A stretch of DNA of 64,000 nucleotides from Promethearchaeota archaeon (lineage in GTDB: Archaea > Asgardarchaeota > Lokiarchaeia > Sigyniarchaeales > SOKP01). Shown here piece by piece: positions 12,334 through 21,914 of the stretch. The notes beneath the pieces were generated by a model, which saw only the letters and a program-made list of their open reading frames with translations, had not been told where the DNA came from and made no database searches. The stretch covers positions 160,001-224,000 of the forward strand of contig JAHPZI010000021.1 in NCBI GenBank assembly GCA_019058295.1, written 5' to 3'. Both the position numbers and the translations under genes were made by a program. The first letter of the stretch is position 1, and every line of letters begins with the position of its first letter.

Positions 12334-15300
12334 TAGAGAATAAAGCAAAACGAAAATTAAAAATATTATTATTATTATCAGCATTATTCGCTTTACAAAT
12401 TACCATTTTAGCTGTAATAAACTATCCTTGGATAAAATATTATGATGATGATGAACTTCAAGATTTGAAAGAAGATATGATGGAATTTTCATATTCACAC
12501 AAAAATTCTGATTCTGATCTTTTTATTGAACCTGAAATCGACGCAAACTTCCGTGCAATTGATTCAATTGATTTTTCTCAGGTTAATCCATATTTAACCG
12601 ATTTAATTTCTCCTAGGTCAATTAGTTATATTAAGGATTATGATGAGTTCTTTTTTGATTATTTATTTGAAAAACAGAACAATAATGGTTCATTTTCTGA
12701 TATTGGTGGGTTAGGCAACATGTTTTCAACTTATGAGGTAATAGAAATTATAGATTTATTAAATCCTACTTATTTTTATTTAAAATCCGATGAAATTGGG
12801 AAAATTTTAACTTATATCCAAAATTGTCTTGTAGAGAATGGATGGGGTTTTAAATATAATGAATACGCCCCTTTACCCGATATTATATCTACATATTGTG
12901 CAATTCATATGGCTAATATATTTAACGCCAAATCCATTCTTAGTAATCCAAATATTACTAATTATGTAGAACTAAGCACTTGGGCTGGTGAACCTGTTGA
13001 GCAATTGTATTATAGAATTAAAGCTTATTTAGAATTAGGGCAAAAATTCAATCAATTTCAAAATGATACTATTGCAAATTATCTTAAGAGTCTTAGAAAC
13101 ATCGATGGTGGATACTCTAACGTTGGAGGAGCCAACGTTCAATCTACTTTTTATGCATTATCATCAATGTATAGTTTAAATATTATGCCAGATGAAGCTA
13201 ATGAAACACTTCAGTTTGTCCTTAATTGTGGGAAGTTAGATGGAGGTTTTGGATCAGATCCTTATTTGAACAGTAGTTCAGATTTTACATCTGGATGGGC
13301 TGCCATGAAATCAATAGATTTACTCAAAGATAAGGTTAATTTACCAGGTGTGAATATCGAAACCTATATTCAAAATTATTATAACTGGTTATACACCCAT
13401 CAAGCAAAGAACGGATTATTTGGGCAAACTTCACTTGAAGCAAATTATTTAGGAGCATTATCGATATATCTCGTCGAGCCTGATAATTTTACTGATTATG
13501 TTGATATAGATAATATGTGGGACTATGTTGAAGATTGTTATAATAAAGGAGATGGAGGGTTTAGCTCTCAACCTGGTGGAAGTACAAGTTTATTAGCAAC
13601 TTATCATGCAATTAATCTTTATGAAATATTACTTATTTATTCAGATATTTCTCTTCCTGATAGAAAAGATATCATTGATTATTTAGTTGATCTTCAAGAT
13701 GATGATGGAGGATTTGAATTAGGGATTGATATAAATGAAATTATGTCACTTTTTGGACCATTAAGTCAAATGTTTACAGATCTAATTGAACCAGATGCAC
13801 CAACTATTGAAAGTACATATTGGGGTGTAGTATCGCTAAAAATTTTAGATGCTTTGGATAAGATAGATGAGGAAAATTTAATTCATTGGATTTCAGCAGC
13901 CCAAAGCGCTGATGGGGGTTTTCCAATAGTTTTAGGGTTTCATAGCGACACTATTTCAACTTATTTTGGATTAAAAACTTTAAAAATTTTAAAAATAGAA
14001 CCTATGTCAACAATTGCGGCAATAGAATTTTTGAAAAAAGCCCAAGATGAAGATGGAAGCTTTGTTCCGATCCCTGTAATCTCAGATCTTTTTGAGTTTC
14101 CATCGACATTTTTCGTATCATATTTCGCAGCAATGGGACTATACGAATATGATTTTCAACCAGAAAATATTGAAGATTTAATTGATTGGTACGAAGATTG
14201 TCTCAGTTCTAACACAGGAGGAATTGGAGACTTTCCTATGTTTGGTGGAGATTTAAGAAATACTCCATATGGTATAATGCTCATTGAAGAATTAAGTTAT
14301 GACCAAAGTTTTAACCCAAAACCTTGGAACGATTTAATTACTTCAATCTTTATTATAGAAATTTTAATATTACTTTTATTTGGCATGCTAAAGATTATTT
14401 CCTTATTAAATGTAACAGTTTCCAAAAAATTGAAAGAAAGATTTGGAGTCGGTGAAAAATATAATATATCATATTTGGAAAAGTTCCCAGCCATTTTATG
14501 CGATAGTGTAAATATTTTTGCTGGTAGAAAGTTAATAGTTGAGTCTGTGTCGATGAAATTAAAGCATGGAGAAATTTTAGGAGTCTTAGGAGAGAGTGGT
14601 GCTGGTAAGTCAACATTTGTAAAATCACTTTTAGGAATGCGAAAATATAATGGAAAAATTCAGATTTATGGTATGAATGTCAAGAAGAAACATAAGAAGA
14701 TGCGACCAATTTATGGTTATGTCCCCCAAGATCTTGGTAAAATTTACCTAAATTTCACGACTTTGCAAAATATAATGTATTTCGGAAAGCAATACGATAT
14801 GACAGAGAAATTGATTATGCAAAAAACAAAGCGGATATTAACCGCTTTAGAAATTGAAGATAAAATGCATGAAAAGGTTAAAAATTTATCTGGTGGTCAA
14901 AAAAGACGTGTATCCATTGCTATGGCATTAATTCATGATCCTATTATCATTTGGATGGATGAACCGACTAGTGGATTGGATCCAGTTGTGAGGGAAAATC
15001 TTTGGCTAGCATTGACTAAAATTAATGAACAATTTAATTCAACCTTAATAGTTGTAACTCATTATCCTGAAGAATCTCAATTTTGCCACCGCGTTGCCAT
15101 ATTTGGGAGAATGAGAGGGATGATAGATTATGGCCGTCCTAAAGATTTATTAGCTCAATTACCAGGTAAAGGAAGAACTGTAGACTTATATTTTAATGAG
15201 GTAAATGAAAATGCGATTGAAAGGCTCGAATCCATTGAAGGTATTGATAAAGCTCTTGAAAATAAAGCGGGAACTGATTTTTCTTTACTTTCCGATTTGA

Positions 15301-15431
15301 ATATAAACTCGATAGAAGAAAAAATTAAATTAAATTTTGGTAATGATTCTATTAAAGATATAAATCAGAACGATACAAAGATGGAACAATATTTTAGATA
15401 TAAAGCGATGGAGGTTCCAAAATTAGAATGA
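12333..15431 (+). CDS. Membrane-anchored prenyltransferase/squalene-cyclase-repeat ectodomain fused to ABC ATPase
   Basis: N-terminal basic+hydrophobic signal/anchor (KAKRKLKILLLLSALFALQITILAVI) upstream of the track start; about 11 repeats of (Y/W/F)L...Q..DGGF....STY.A; one TM; intact NBD (GESGAGKST, YVPQ, LSGGQ, WMDEPTSGLD, VVTH). ATA 12333 overlaps the upstream TAA, 6 nt after AGGTGA. Confidence 0.85.
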   Translation: MENKAKRKLKILLLLSALFALQITILAVINYPWIKYYDDDELQDLKEDMMEFSYSHKNSDSDLFIEPEIDANFRAIDSIDFSQVNPYLTDLISPRSISYIKDYDEFFFDYLFEKQNNNGSFSDIGGLGNMFSTYEVIEIIDLLNPTYFYLKSDEIGKILTYIQNCLVENGWGFKYNEYAPLPDIISTYCAIHMANIFNAKSILSNPNITNYVELSTWAGEPVEQLYYRIKAYLELGQKFNQFQNDTIANYLKSLRNIDGGYSNVGGANVQSTFYALSSMYSLNIMPDEANETLQFVLNCGKLDGGFGSDPYLNSSSDFTSGWAAMKSIDLLKDKVNLPGVNIETYIQNYYNWLYTHQAKNGLFGQTSLEANYLGALSIYLVEPDNFTDYVDIDNMWDYVEDCYNKGDGGFSSQPGGSTSLLATYHAINLYEILLIYSDISLPDRKDIIDYLVDLQDDDGGFELGIDINEIMSLFGPLSQMFTDLIEPDAPTIESTYWGVVSLKILDALDKIDEENLIHWISAAQSADGGFPIVLGFHSDTISTYFGLKTLKILKIEPMSTIAAIEFLKKAQDEDGSFVPIPVISDLFEFPSTFFVSYFAAMGLYEYDFQPENIEDLIDWYEDCLSSNTGGIGDFPMFGGDLRNTPYGIMLIEELSYDQSFNPKPWNDLITSIFIIEILILLLFGMLKIISLLNVTVSKKLKERFGVGEKYNISYLEKFPAILCDSVNIFAGRKLIVESVSMKLKHGEILGVLGESGAGKSTFVKSLLGMRKYNGKIQIYGMNVKKKHKKMRPIYGYVPQDLGKIYLNFTTLQNIMYFGKQYDMTEKLIMQKTKRILTALEIEDKMHEKVKNLSGGQKRRVSIAMALIHDPIIIWMDEPTSGLDPVVRENLWLALTKINEQFNSTLIVVTHYPEESQFCHRVAIFGRMRGMIDYGRPKDLLAQLPGKGRTVDLYFNEVNENAIERLESIEGIDKALENKAGTDFSLLSDLNINSIEEKIKLNFGNDSIKDINQNDTKMEQYFRYKAMEVPKLE

Positions 15432-17179
15432 GTCTTACTCGAGTGCCACAATTAGAGGTTCTAAGATTAAAAATTGTTGATGCAATTCGATTTTCGGAAA
15501 AATATTGGATGATTTATAGAGAAAGAACCTTTGGAATTGCTACTATTTTAGATTTAATTTATAAAAGATTATATATTGAAATCTTATTTTTCACCAATGA
15601 GGATGTAAAGAAACGCGGTGTTCCCCTCATAAAAATATATACCCCAACAGAGACTGAATTTGATTTTATTGAAATTATAGTGGATCCAGATATTGATAAA
15701 GATGGACTTGTTAGCCCTAAAAAAATAATAGAAAGAGTTAATAAGCTGATTAAAAAAGAGTTAGAATATCATTTAAACATATTGGATAATGAAATTCAAT
15801 TAATTGATGAGCATTTTGAAAACAGTCCAGTTTATGGGAATCCTTACTTCAGAAAGATAAGAATTTATCTTCCGGATCTAATTATTAAATTCAAGATTAA
15901 TTTAGAAAAATACCCTCTTGAACCAAAATTAATGGAAAAAAATCAAATTATAATTGAAAAATATATAAAAACATATATAGATCGTTTTAAAGAGATATTA
16001 AGAGAGAAAATTACAGGTGTAGGCAGGCAAAAAGTAAAAAAGATGAAATCCTTTATGGAAGATCTTTCTATAAACACAGATGTAATTAAAGGTTGGGATG
16101 CTGAGAACCCGCCTCATGTCTTCCAAATAATTAGATCATTATTTAACTTAAAGGAGGGTACACAGAGTCTCGTACTTAATAATATATCTTCTGGAGACGA
16201 TATTAAAGATATAATATTTAGGATTCATAGAGGTCAATCAATTGGAATCTTTTACGATTTAGAATCATCAAGTGAATTGAGATCAACTTCACCAATCATG
16301 AAATTATTTAATATGATAGCGGGATCTCAATTAATAGATTCAGGAGATATCAAATTATTTGGAAAACATATACAGTTGGCTACGAATGATGAGTTGAAAA
16401 AAATTGTTATAACTTCGCATTTAATTGATGAGAGAATATTAAATATGTCTATTAAGAAAGCAGTACAGTACAATATTAAAATAAAACCAAAATGGAAAAT
16501 CAGAAAGAGAGCTTTTAGCACTAAAGTAAAATATGCTGGAATTTTTAGTAAAATTGACGAGATTATATCGTTGCCTCCAAAATACAAGACTAAAAAGAGC
16601 TTTATAAACTCCGCATTAGAAGTAACAGGACTATTAAACAGAAAAAAAGAAAAAGTGTCTAAACTTTCTAATATAGATCGTTTATTATTATCAATCTCAA
16701 GAGAACTTCTAAAATCACCTGATATAATTATGTTCTCTGTACCTCCACGCAAGTTAGAACGGATTCAAGGTGAAAATTTTAACGATTTTATGAATAAAAT
16801 AAAAAAGAAGTTTCACGTTATCTTAATAATTCATGGTCGTAAAAATATTGTTTCAAACTGCGATAAAATCCTTATGGTTTCTGGAAAAATTGCTGAACTT
16901 GGCACTGTCAATGATTTTATTTCTAAGATTCCCAATTTTGGTGAAATCATCACGATTGAATTAAATAACCCTGATATTGACGCATTGAAAAAAATGCTAG
17001 AAATTAAATCAGCAACCTTTATTACAGAACGTGTTAACGAAAAATACAAAATCTTTTCAAGAAAGAATCCAGATCAATTGATAATTAAATTAATGGAAAT
17101 CGTTGGCCCGTATATTTATAATTATAAAAAATATAAAGCATCAATGCTTGAATATTTAGAATTTTTTAATTTAAATTAA
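15428..17179 (+). CDS. RWD/UBC-like domain(s) fused to degenerate ABC ATPase
   Basis: FKINLEKYPLEPKL...GWDAENPPHVFQII resembles an E2/RWD fold. The C-terminal half has ABC fold landmarks (RGQSIGI, IDSGDIKLFGK, ALEVTGL, KVSKLS, LLKSPDII, CDKILMV) but no Walker A lysine, LSGGQ or DE. Confidence 0.7.
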   Translation: MSLTRVPQLEVLRLKIVDAIRFSEKYWMIYRERTFGIATILDLIYKRLYIEILFFTNEDVKKRGVPLIKIYTPTETEFDFIEIIVDPDIDKDGLVSPKKIIERVNKLIKKELEYHLNILDNEIQLIDEHFENSPVYGNPYFRKIRIYLPDLIIKFKINLEKYPLEPKLMEKNQIIIEKYIKTYIDRFKEILREKITGVGRQKVKKMKSFMEDLSINTDVIKGWDAENPPHVFQIIRSLFNLKEGTQSLVLNNISSGDDIKDIIFRIHRGQSIGIFYDLESSSELRSTSPIMKLFNMIAGSQLIDSGDIKLFGKHIQLATNDELKKIVITSHLIDERILNMSIKKAVQYNIKIKPKWKIRKRAFSTKVKYAGIFSKIDEIISLPPKYKTKKSFINSALEVTGLLNRKKEKVSKLSNIDRLLLSISRELLKSPDIIMFSVPPRKLERIQGENFNDFMNKIKKKFHVILIIHGRKNIVSNCDKILMVSGKIAELGTVNDFISKIPNFGEIITIELNNPDIDALKKMLEIKSATFITERVNEKYKIFSRKNPDQLIIKLMEIVGPYIYNYKKYKASMLEYLEFFNLN

Positions 17180-17191
17180 ACATAAAAAAAT

Positions 17192-18016
17192 GTGAGTAAA
17201 AAAATGATAAAAAGTTTTTACATAATGAAACAAAATGGATTGTTGATATATTCAAAGAATTACACGAAAGAAGACTTTGAAGATAATATCATGATTGGTT
17301 TTTTTGCTTCAATCGCAAATTTTAGCAGAGAGGCCTTACGGAGTGTGATAAAATATATCGATTTGGGTCAAGATAATAAATTAATATTAGCTGAACAACA
17401 AGATGAAAAATTAGTGGCTGCAGCAATAGTTAATTCTTCAGACGATAATGACCTTATTACTAAAGTTCTTAATAACATCATGCACGAAATTATCATTATG
17501 TTTTCACCAGATTATGAATCTGACAAAATAGATATAAACGAAATGGAAAAAATAATAGATGGAAATATAAAAAATAAAACTAGCTTATCTACAATAAAAA
17601 GACTTGTTCTCTCGTGGATTATTTTAGTACCTATTACCATCTTAATTGCCATCTTAAATCTAATGGCAACTTCGTATTATTTTCAATACATTTTTTTTGA
17701 AGAGCGCACATATTCTCAAGAAGAATTAATTACTGAAGTAATTCCTGAAGTAATGGTTATATCAATGGTAATTGTAGTAATTGTTTTTGTACTTCCAAAT
17801 CTTATCTCCGGCTATATTACTTTAAATCGGAATTTAGCATTTTTAAATTCGGGGTTATATCTTGTAGTAATACTCATTGCCTATTTATATTCAGTAGATC
17901 CGCTATTTTTCTTTGTTATTCTTTTCTATTTACCTGCTGCTATTTTCACATCAAATGTTTTTGCATATATTGGTTTTAGATTAGGAATTAAAAAAAAAAT
18001 TGTAAAAAAAAAATAA
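17192..18016 (+). CDS. Longin-like domain protein with about 4 C-terminal TM helices
   Basis: IKSFYIMKQNGLLIYSKNY...MIGFFASIANFSRE...IKYIDLG...LVAAAIV longin pattern followed by hydrophobic segments. Confidence 0.75.
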   Translation: MSKKMIKSFYIMKQNGLLIYSKNYTKEDFEDNIMIGFFASIANFSREALRSVIKYIDLGQDNKLILAEQQDEKLVAAAIVNSSDDNDLITKVLNNIMHEIIIMFSPDYESDKIDINEMEKIIDGNIKNKTSLSTIKRLVLSWIILVPITILIAILNLMATSYYFQYIFFEERTYSQEELITEVIPEVMVISMVIVVIVFVLPNLISGYITLNRNLAFLNSGLYLVVILIAYLYSVDPLFFFVILFYLPAAIFTSNVFAYIGFRLGIKKKIVKKK

Positions 18017-18033
18017 GGCAAAAAAAAAAGAAT

Positions 18034-19398
18034 TTACTTTTCTTCTGATACTTTTACAAATTTAAGGACCAATAGTCCCAGTAGCATAATAATCCCCATA
18101 GCAAGTAAACCTAAACCCCACGCGTATTTACCAATCACATCAGCACTCAGTAAAATAGCTCCAAAAATTATAGGCCCTAAGGATGCCGATGCCTTTCCAC
18201 TTATGCTTGTAAAGCCAAAATACTCCCCAAATTTTTCTTTAGGTGAGATCCTTGTCACCATGATTCTGTTTGCGGTCCAAGTGCCCCCAAGTGCGGGTCC
18301 AGCGACGACCCCCATTATAATACTAAGCATGAAAGGATAATTTAAGCCAATATCGATATAACGAAAGGCAAAAATTAAATAAATACCTAATATCAGAGAG
18401 ATTGCCCATAAAAAGCATACTAAATAAAAGCAAATTTTTGGACCATGTTTTTCTCCAAACTTTCCAACGAAATAAGTAAAGATTACAGCTGAAAATGTTG
18501 CTATTATTATGAAAAGCACACCAAATATATCAGAAGCTTTACCTCCTGTTCCAATAATAAGACCATCAGTTATAAGAGGCATCATAAAGATAACTAAAGT
18601 CTGTGCGATATTACCAATTAAAAAATACGCAAATATATAGATGACCATTGGTTTATGTTGTTTTATATCCTTAAGTGTGGCTTTTAATTGTCTGAAGGAA
18701 TCACCAATTCTTTTACCAACGGGAGGAATTTGTCCTGTTTTTTGTTTTTCACGAACTATGAAAAATGGAATCATCAGAACGAGAAAAAGAACCATGGGTA
18801 AAACAAATGTTATCCAATAACCAGCGTAACCGTATGAAAGATCTCCTTGAGTTGGATCACTTACGACATCACCCCACATAATCATTAATGGTAGCAGAAC
18901 AATTAAAGAGATAATAGTACCAAAATATCCCCATGCAATCCCAAACCCAGAGACTTTTCCTATATCTTCTTTTTTAGCAATAAAAGGAATCATGGCATCG
19001 TAGAAAATCAGACTTAATTGATAAGAAACATTCGCAAGGACGTAAAAGATTAGTACAACGATTAGACTATGGAAAAAACCGAGTAGACTCGCAAAAAGAA
19101 TGCAAAGTCCGCCCAAACTTATAACATACGGTTTCCGTTTCCCACTTTGATCACCAAAGGCGCCAACGATAGGAACTGTAATCGCTAATCCTGCTTGCAT
19201 AAGACCTTGAACAAGCCCAAAAATAAAGCTTGCTTGACCATAAGTTATTCCATCTTCCAGCTGAGCAATGACCATTATATATCGAAAAATGATTAAGCTT
19301 ACAATTACCATTGAATAAATCGTATTTGCCAAATCATACATAGCCCAGAAAAATACATTTTTTTTATCAGTTTTAGTTTCTACTTCCACTTCATTCAT
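18034..19398 (-). CDS. MFS transporter (UMF1/Atg22-like)
   Basis: WAMYDLANT, GAFGDQSGKRK (motif A), FYDAMIP, VSGFGIAWGYFG, GEYFGF; 12 TM. Confidence 0.9.
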   Translation of the reverse strand: MNEVEVETKTDKKNVFFWAMYDLANTIYSMVIVSLIIFRYIMVIAQLEDGITYGQASFIFGLVQGLMQAGLAITVPIVGAFGDQSGKRKPYVISLGGLCILFASLLGFFHSLIVVLIFYVLANVSYQLSLIFYDAMIPFIAKKEDIGKVSGFGIAWGYFGTIISLIVLLPLMIMWGDVVSDPTQGDLSYGYAGYWITFVLPMVLFLVLMIPFFIVREKQKTGQIPPVGKRIGDSFRQLKATLKDIKQHKPMVIYIFAYFLIGNIAQTLVIFMMPLITDGLIIGTGGKASDIFGVLFIIIATFSAVIFTYFVGKFGEKHGPKICFYLVCFLWAISLILGIYLIFAFRYIDIGLNYPFMLSIIMGVVAGPALGGTWTANRIMVTRISPKEKFGEYFGFTSISGKASASLGPIIFGAILLSADVIGKYAWGLGLLAMGIIMLLGLLVLKFVKVSEEK

Positions 19399-19502
19399 AT
19401 TGAATCATCTTACGGTATTTCTAATTTAAAAATATGGTTTAATTTATTTAAAGATGATAATAAAAAAAAGAAATTAAATAATGAGAAAACTATAATTATT
19501 TA

Positions 19503-20654
19503 ATGGAGTATAATCTAAGAGATTTTTTTCTTCCACCATTATTCATATCGTTGGGGCTTGGTTATCAAATTTTCATATATTTTTTATATCAATATTATAA
19601 GGCTAAAAAAGAGAAATTAGAATTTACTGAAATTTTACTAGCTTATGGATTAATATTTGGATTAACTCTAACAGGATTTTTCATTCGTATAATAAATCTT
19701 TATTATACAAGAGAAATTAATATTGAAATCTTTCATTTCTTAACGAAAATAACTTTTCTTATCCTTTATTCAGCTTTAATGTTGTTTTTCATTATAATAT
19801 CAACCAAATCCTTCCAAAAAATCATAAACTCAATTTTTACAAAAATTTTAGCAATTTTATTAATTATACCAATGATTACAGTCTTTTTATTTCAACCTGA
19901 AAACCTTTTATTTGGTCTCATTTCTGGAATAACTCTCGGGATATCATATTCATATATCTTTTATTTTCATACTAGACTGATTAAAATTTCTACAGGTGAT
20001 ATAAAAAAAAGATTAAACCTCATACTTTTAGGATTAACATTATGTGCGATACAACATTTTATTGGAGGATATTTCCCCAGTTATGTATTATTTAAAGGTT
20101 ATAGTGAGCACCTTCAATTAATTTCTGCTCCAATATTTGTTTGTGGATTAATTATTGTTTTTTTAGGCGTTTTTAGATTTCCCGCCTTTCTTGAATTTGG
20201 ATGGAAAGAATCTCTACTATATGTTTTTATTATAAATCAAAGTAATTTAAAAGTAATTTACACATTTGATTTCAAAGAAATCATAAATCAACGTGGAAAA
20301 CCAATAAATAAACTTTCGGATATCAATGAAATTAAGCAGTTTTTTTCAAGCGGGATTATTGGAATCAATAAGATTATATCAGGTATAACAAACTCAAAAT
20401 CTGAATTTATTGAATCAATTAGACAAAAAGATTTCATAATTCTTTTGAATCGTGGAGATGAGCCTCAATCTTATATAATTTATTGTATATTAGTTAGTAA
20501 AGATATGAACAGCCTTAGATATTTTTTAAAAACAATTAAAAAGGAATTTGAACAGATCTATAAAAATATACTCATTAATATGAATGATCTAGAAGGCAAA
20601 GAAGAAAAAATATTCTCAAATTTTGATGCGATTATGAAAAAATTAATTGAATAA
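19503..20654 (+). CDS. 7TM membrane protein with C-terminal longin-like domain
   Basis: Seven hydrophobic segments, linker PAFLEFGW, then LLYVFIINQ...FFSSGIIGINKII...IESIRQKDFIILL...YCILV...LRYFLKTIKKEF. Confidence 0.78.
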   Translation: MEYNLRDFFLPPLFISLGLGYQIFIYFLYQYYKAKKEKLEFTEILLAYGLIFGLTLTGFFIRIINLYYTREINIEIFHFLTKITFLILYSALMLFFIIISTKSFQKIINSIFTKILAILLIIPMITVFLFQPENLLFGLISGITLGISYSYIFYFHTRLIKISTGDIKKRLNLILLGLTLCAIQHFIGGYFPSYVLFKGYSEHLQLISAPIFVCGLIIVFLGVFRFPAFLEFGWKESLLYVFIINQSNLKVIYTFDFKEIINQRGKPINKLSDINEIKQFFSSGIIGINKIISGITNSKSEFIESIRQKDFIILLNRGDEPQSYIIYCILVSKDMNSLRYFLKTIKKEFEQIYKNILINMNDLEGKEEKIFSNFDAIMKKLIE

Positions 20655-20663
20655 GAAAAATTT

Positions 20664-21752
20664 ATGGGTATTAAATTGATTTTAAATGAATTCCCTATAA
20701 AAGGACCCTTAAAAGAACCATTATTAGTATTAGAATCATTAATAGTTTTTTCTTTTATAGAACTGGCAGTTATATTTTGGATGAGAATTAGAAAAAGTGA
20801 ATTAAAAAAATCACTGGAAAAAGGATATATCTGGTTATTTCTTGGTTATTCTCTTTTGAGGTTTTTTACAATAGTTGGGGATTATTATGTTGATGGTTTT
20901 CATTTTAGAACTTTATTTTTAAATGTAGGCTATTTAATTCAAATGGCATTTTTAATTAATTTTGTAAGAATTATGGAAAATTACAAAGTTTTTATTAGAA
21001 AATACTTATTTACTAAGATTTGTTTGGTTTTAATTTTTATTTATTTCATAGTTTTATTCATTGATAGTAATTATGTGATCTTTTTTTTAATTTCATTTTG
21101 GATATTTTTTTTAGTATTCTTTATAATTTATTTGAAGGATTTAGGATCAAAATTTAATAATAAAATAGATTTAAGAAGTTTTAAACTAAATTTGCTTAAA
21201 TTTTATATAGGAATGATTTTAATAGTTGTAGGATCTGCTACAACTATGGACTTTGTGATCGAGATTTTTGGATTTGGTATCCGCCTTATAGGAAATATCC
21301 TTCAACTAATTGGGGTAATTTTTATTTCATTTTTCTTTTTTTCTATTCCTTCTTATAGTGAATATGATTGGCAAGATAAAATTATTAGCGTTTTTATAAT
21401 GCATAAATCTGGTCTTTTTATCTATAAAAAGTCTTTTAGAGAAAAAGCCTCTCCAATTGATGAATCAGTCATTACAGGTGCATTGACAACTATAGAAATG
21501 ATGTTAGAAAAAGTAAGCCACATTGATAGTATTTCTATAATTAAAAAGAAAGAAAAAATTCTAATTTTTCAACCAGGGAGATTTATTTATGGGGTTTTAA
21601 TATGTGAGGAAGAGTTAGAATCCCTTAAAATTTTATTGAGTAAATTTATTAGTAAAATTGAAACAATTTATTCTAATGTTCTTGAGGATTGGGATAGAAA
21701 TTTAAATGTTTTTACGCCAATTGAAGGCATCGCGAAGGAAATTTTTTATTAA
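20664..21752 (+). CDS. 7TM membrane protein with C-terminal longin-like domain (paralogue)
   Basis: Seven hydrophobic segments, linker PSYSEYDW, then ISVFIMHKSGLFIY...VITGALTTIEMML...FIYGVLIC...LKILLSKFISKIE. Confidence 0.8.
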   Translation: MGIKLILNEFPIKGPLKEPLLVLESLIVFSFIELAVIFWMRIRKSELKKSLEKGYIWLFLGYSLLRFFTIVGDYYVDGFHFRTLFLNVGYLIQMAFLINFVRIMENYKVFIRKYLFTKICLVLIFIYFIVLFIDSNYVIFFLISFWIFFLVFFIIYLKDLGSKFNNKIDLRSFKLNLLKFYIGMILIVVGSATTMDFVIEIFGFGIRLIGNILQLIGVIFISFFFFSIPSYSEYDWQDKIISVFIMHKSGLFIYKKSFREKASPIDESVITGALTTIEMMLEKVSHIDSISIIKKKEKILIFQPGRFIYGVLICEEELESLKILLSKFISKIETIYSNVLEDWDRNLNVFTPIEGIAKEIFY

Positions 21753-21914
21753 TAGCAAAATTTTCAATCAGAAATATTATTTCAGTTATAAGAATTATGG
21801 ACTTTAAAATATGGTTAATAAAAACAAGTATTACTTATCAATAAATATTAAATTTTTAAATAAAAATCAATATTAGAAATATGAGTACAATTTAAGAGTT
21901 CTTGGAGGATAACT

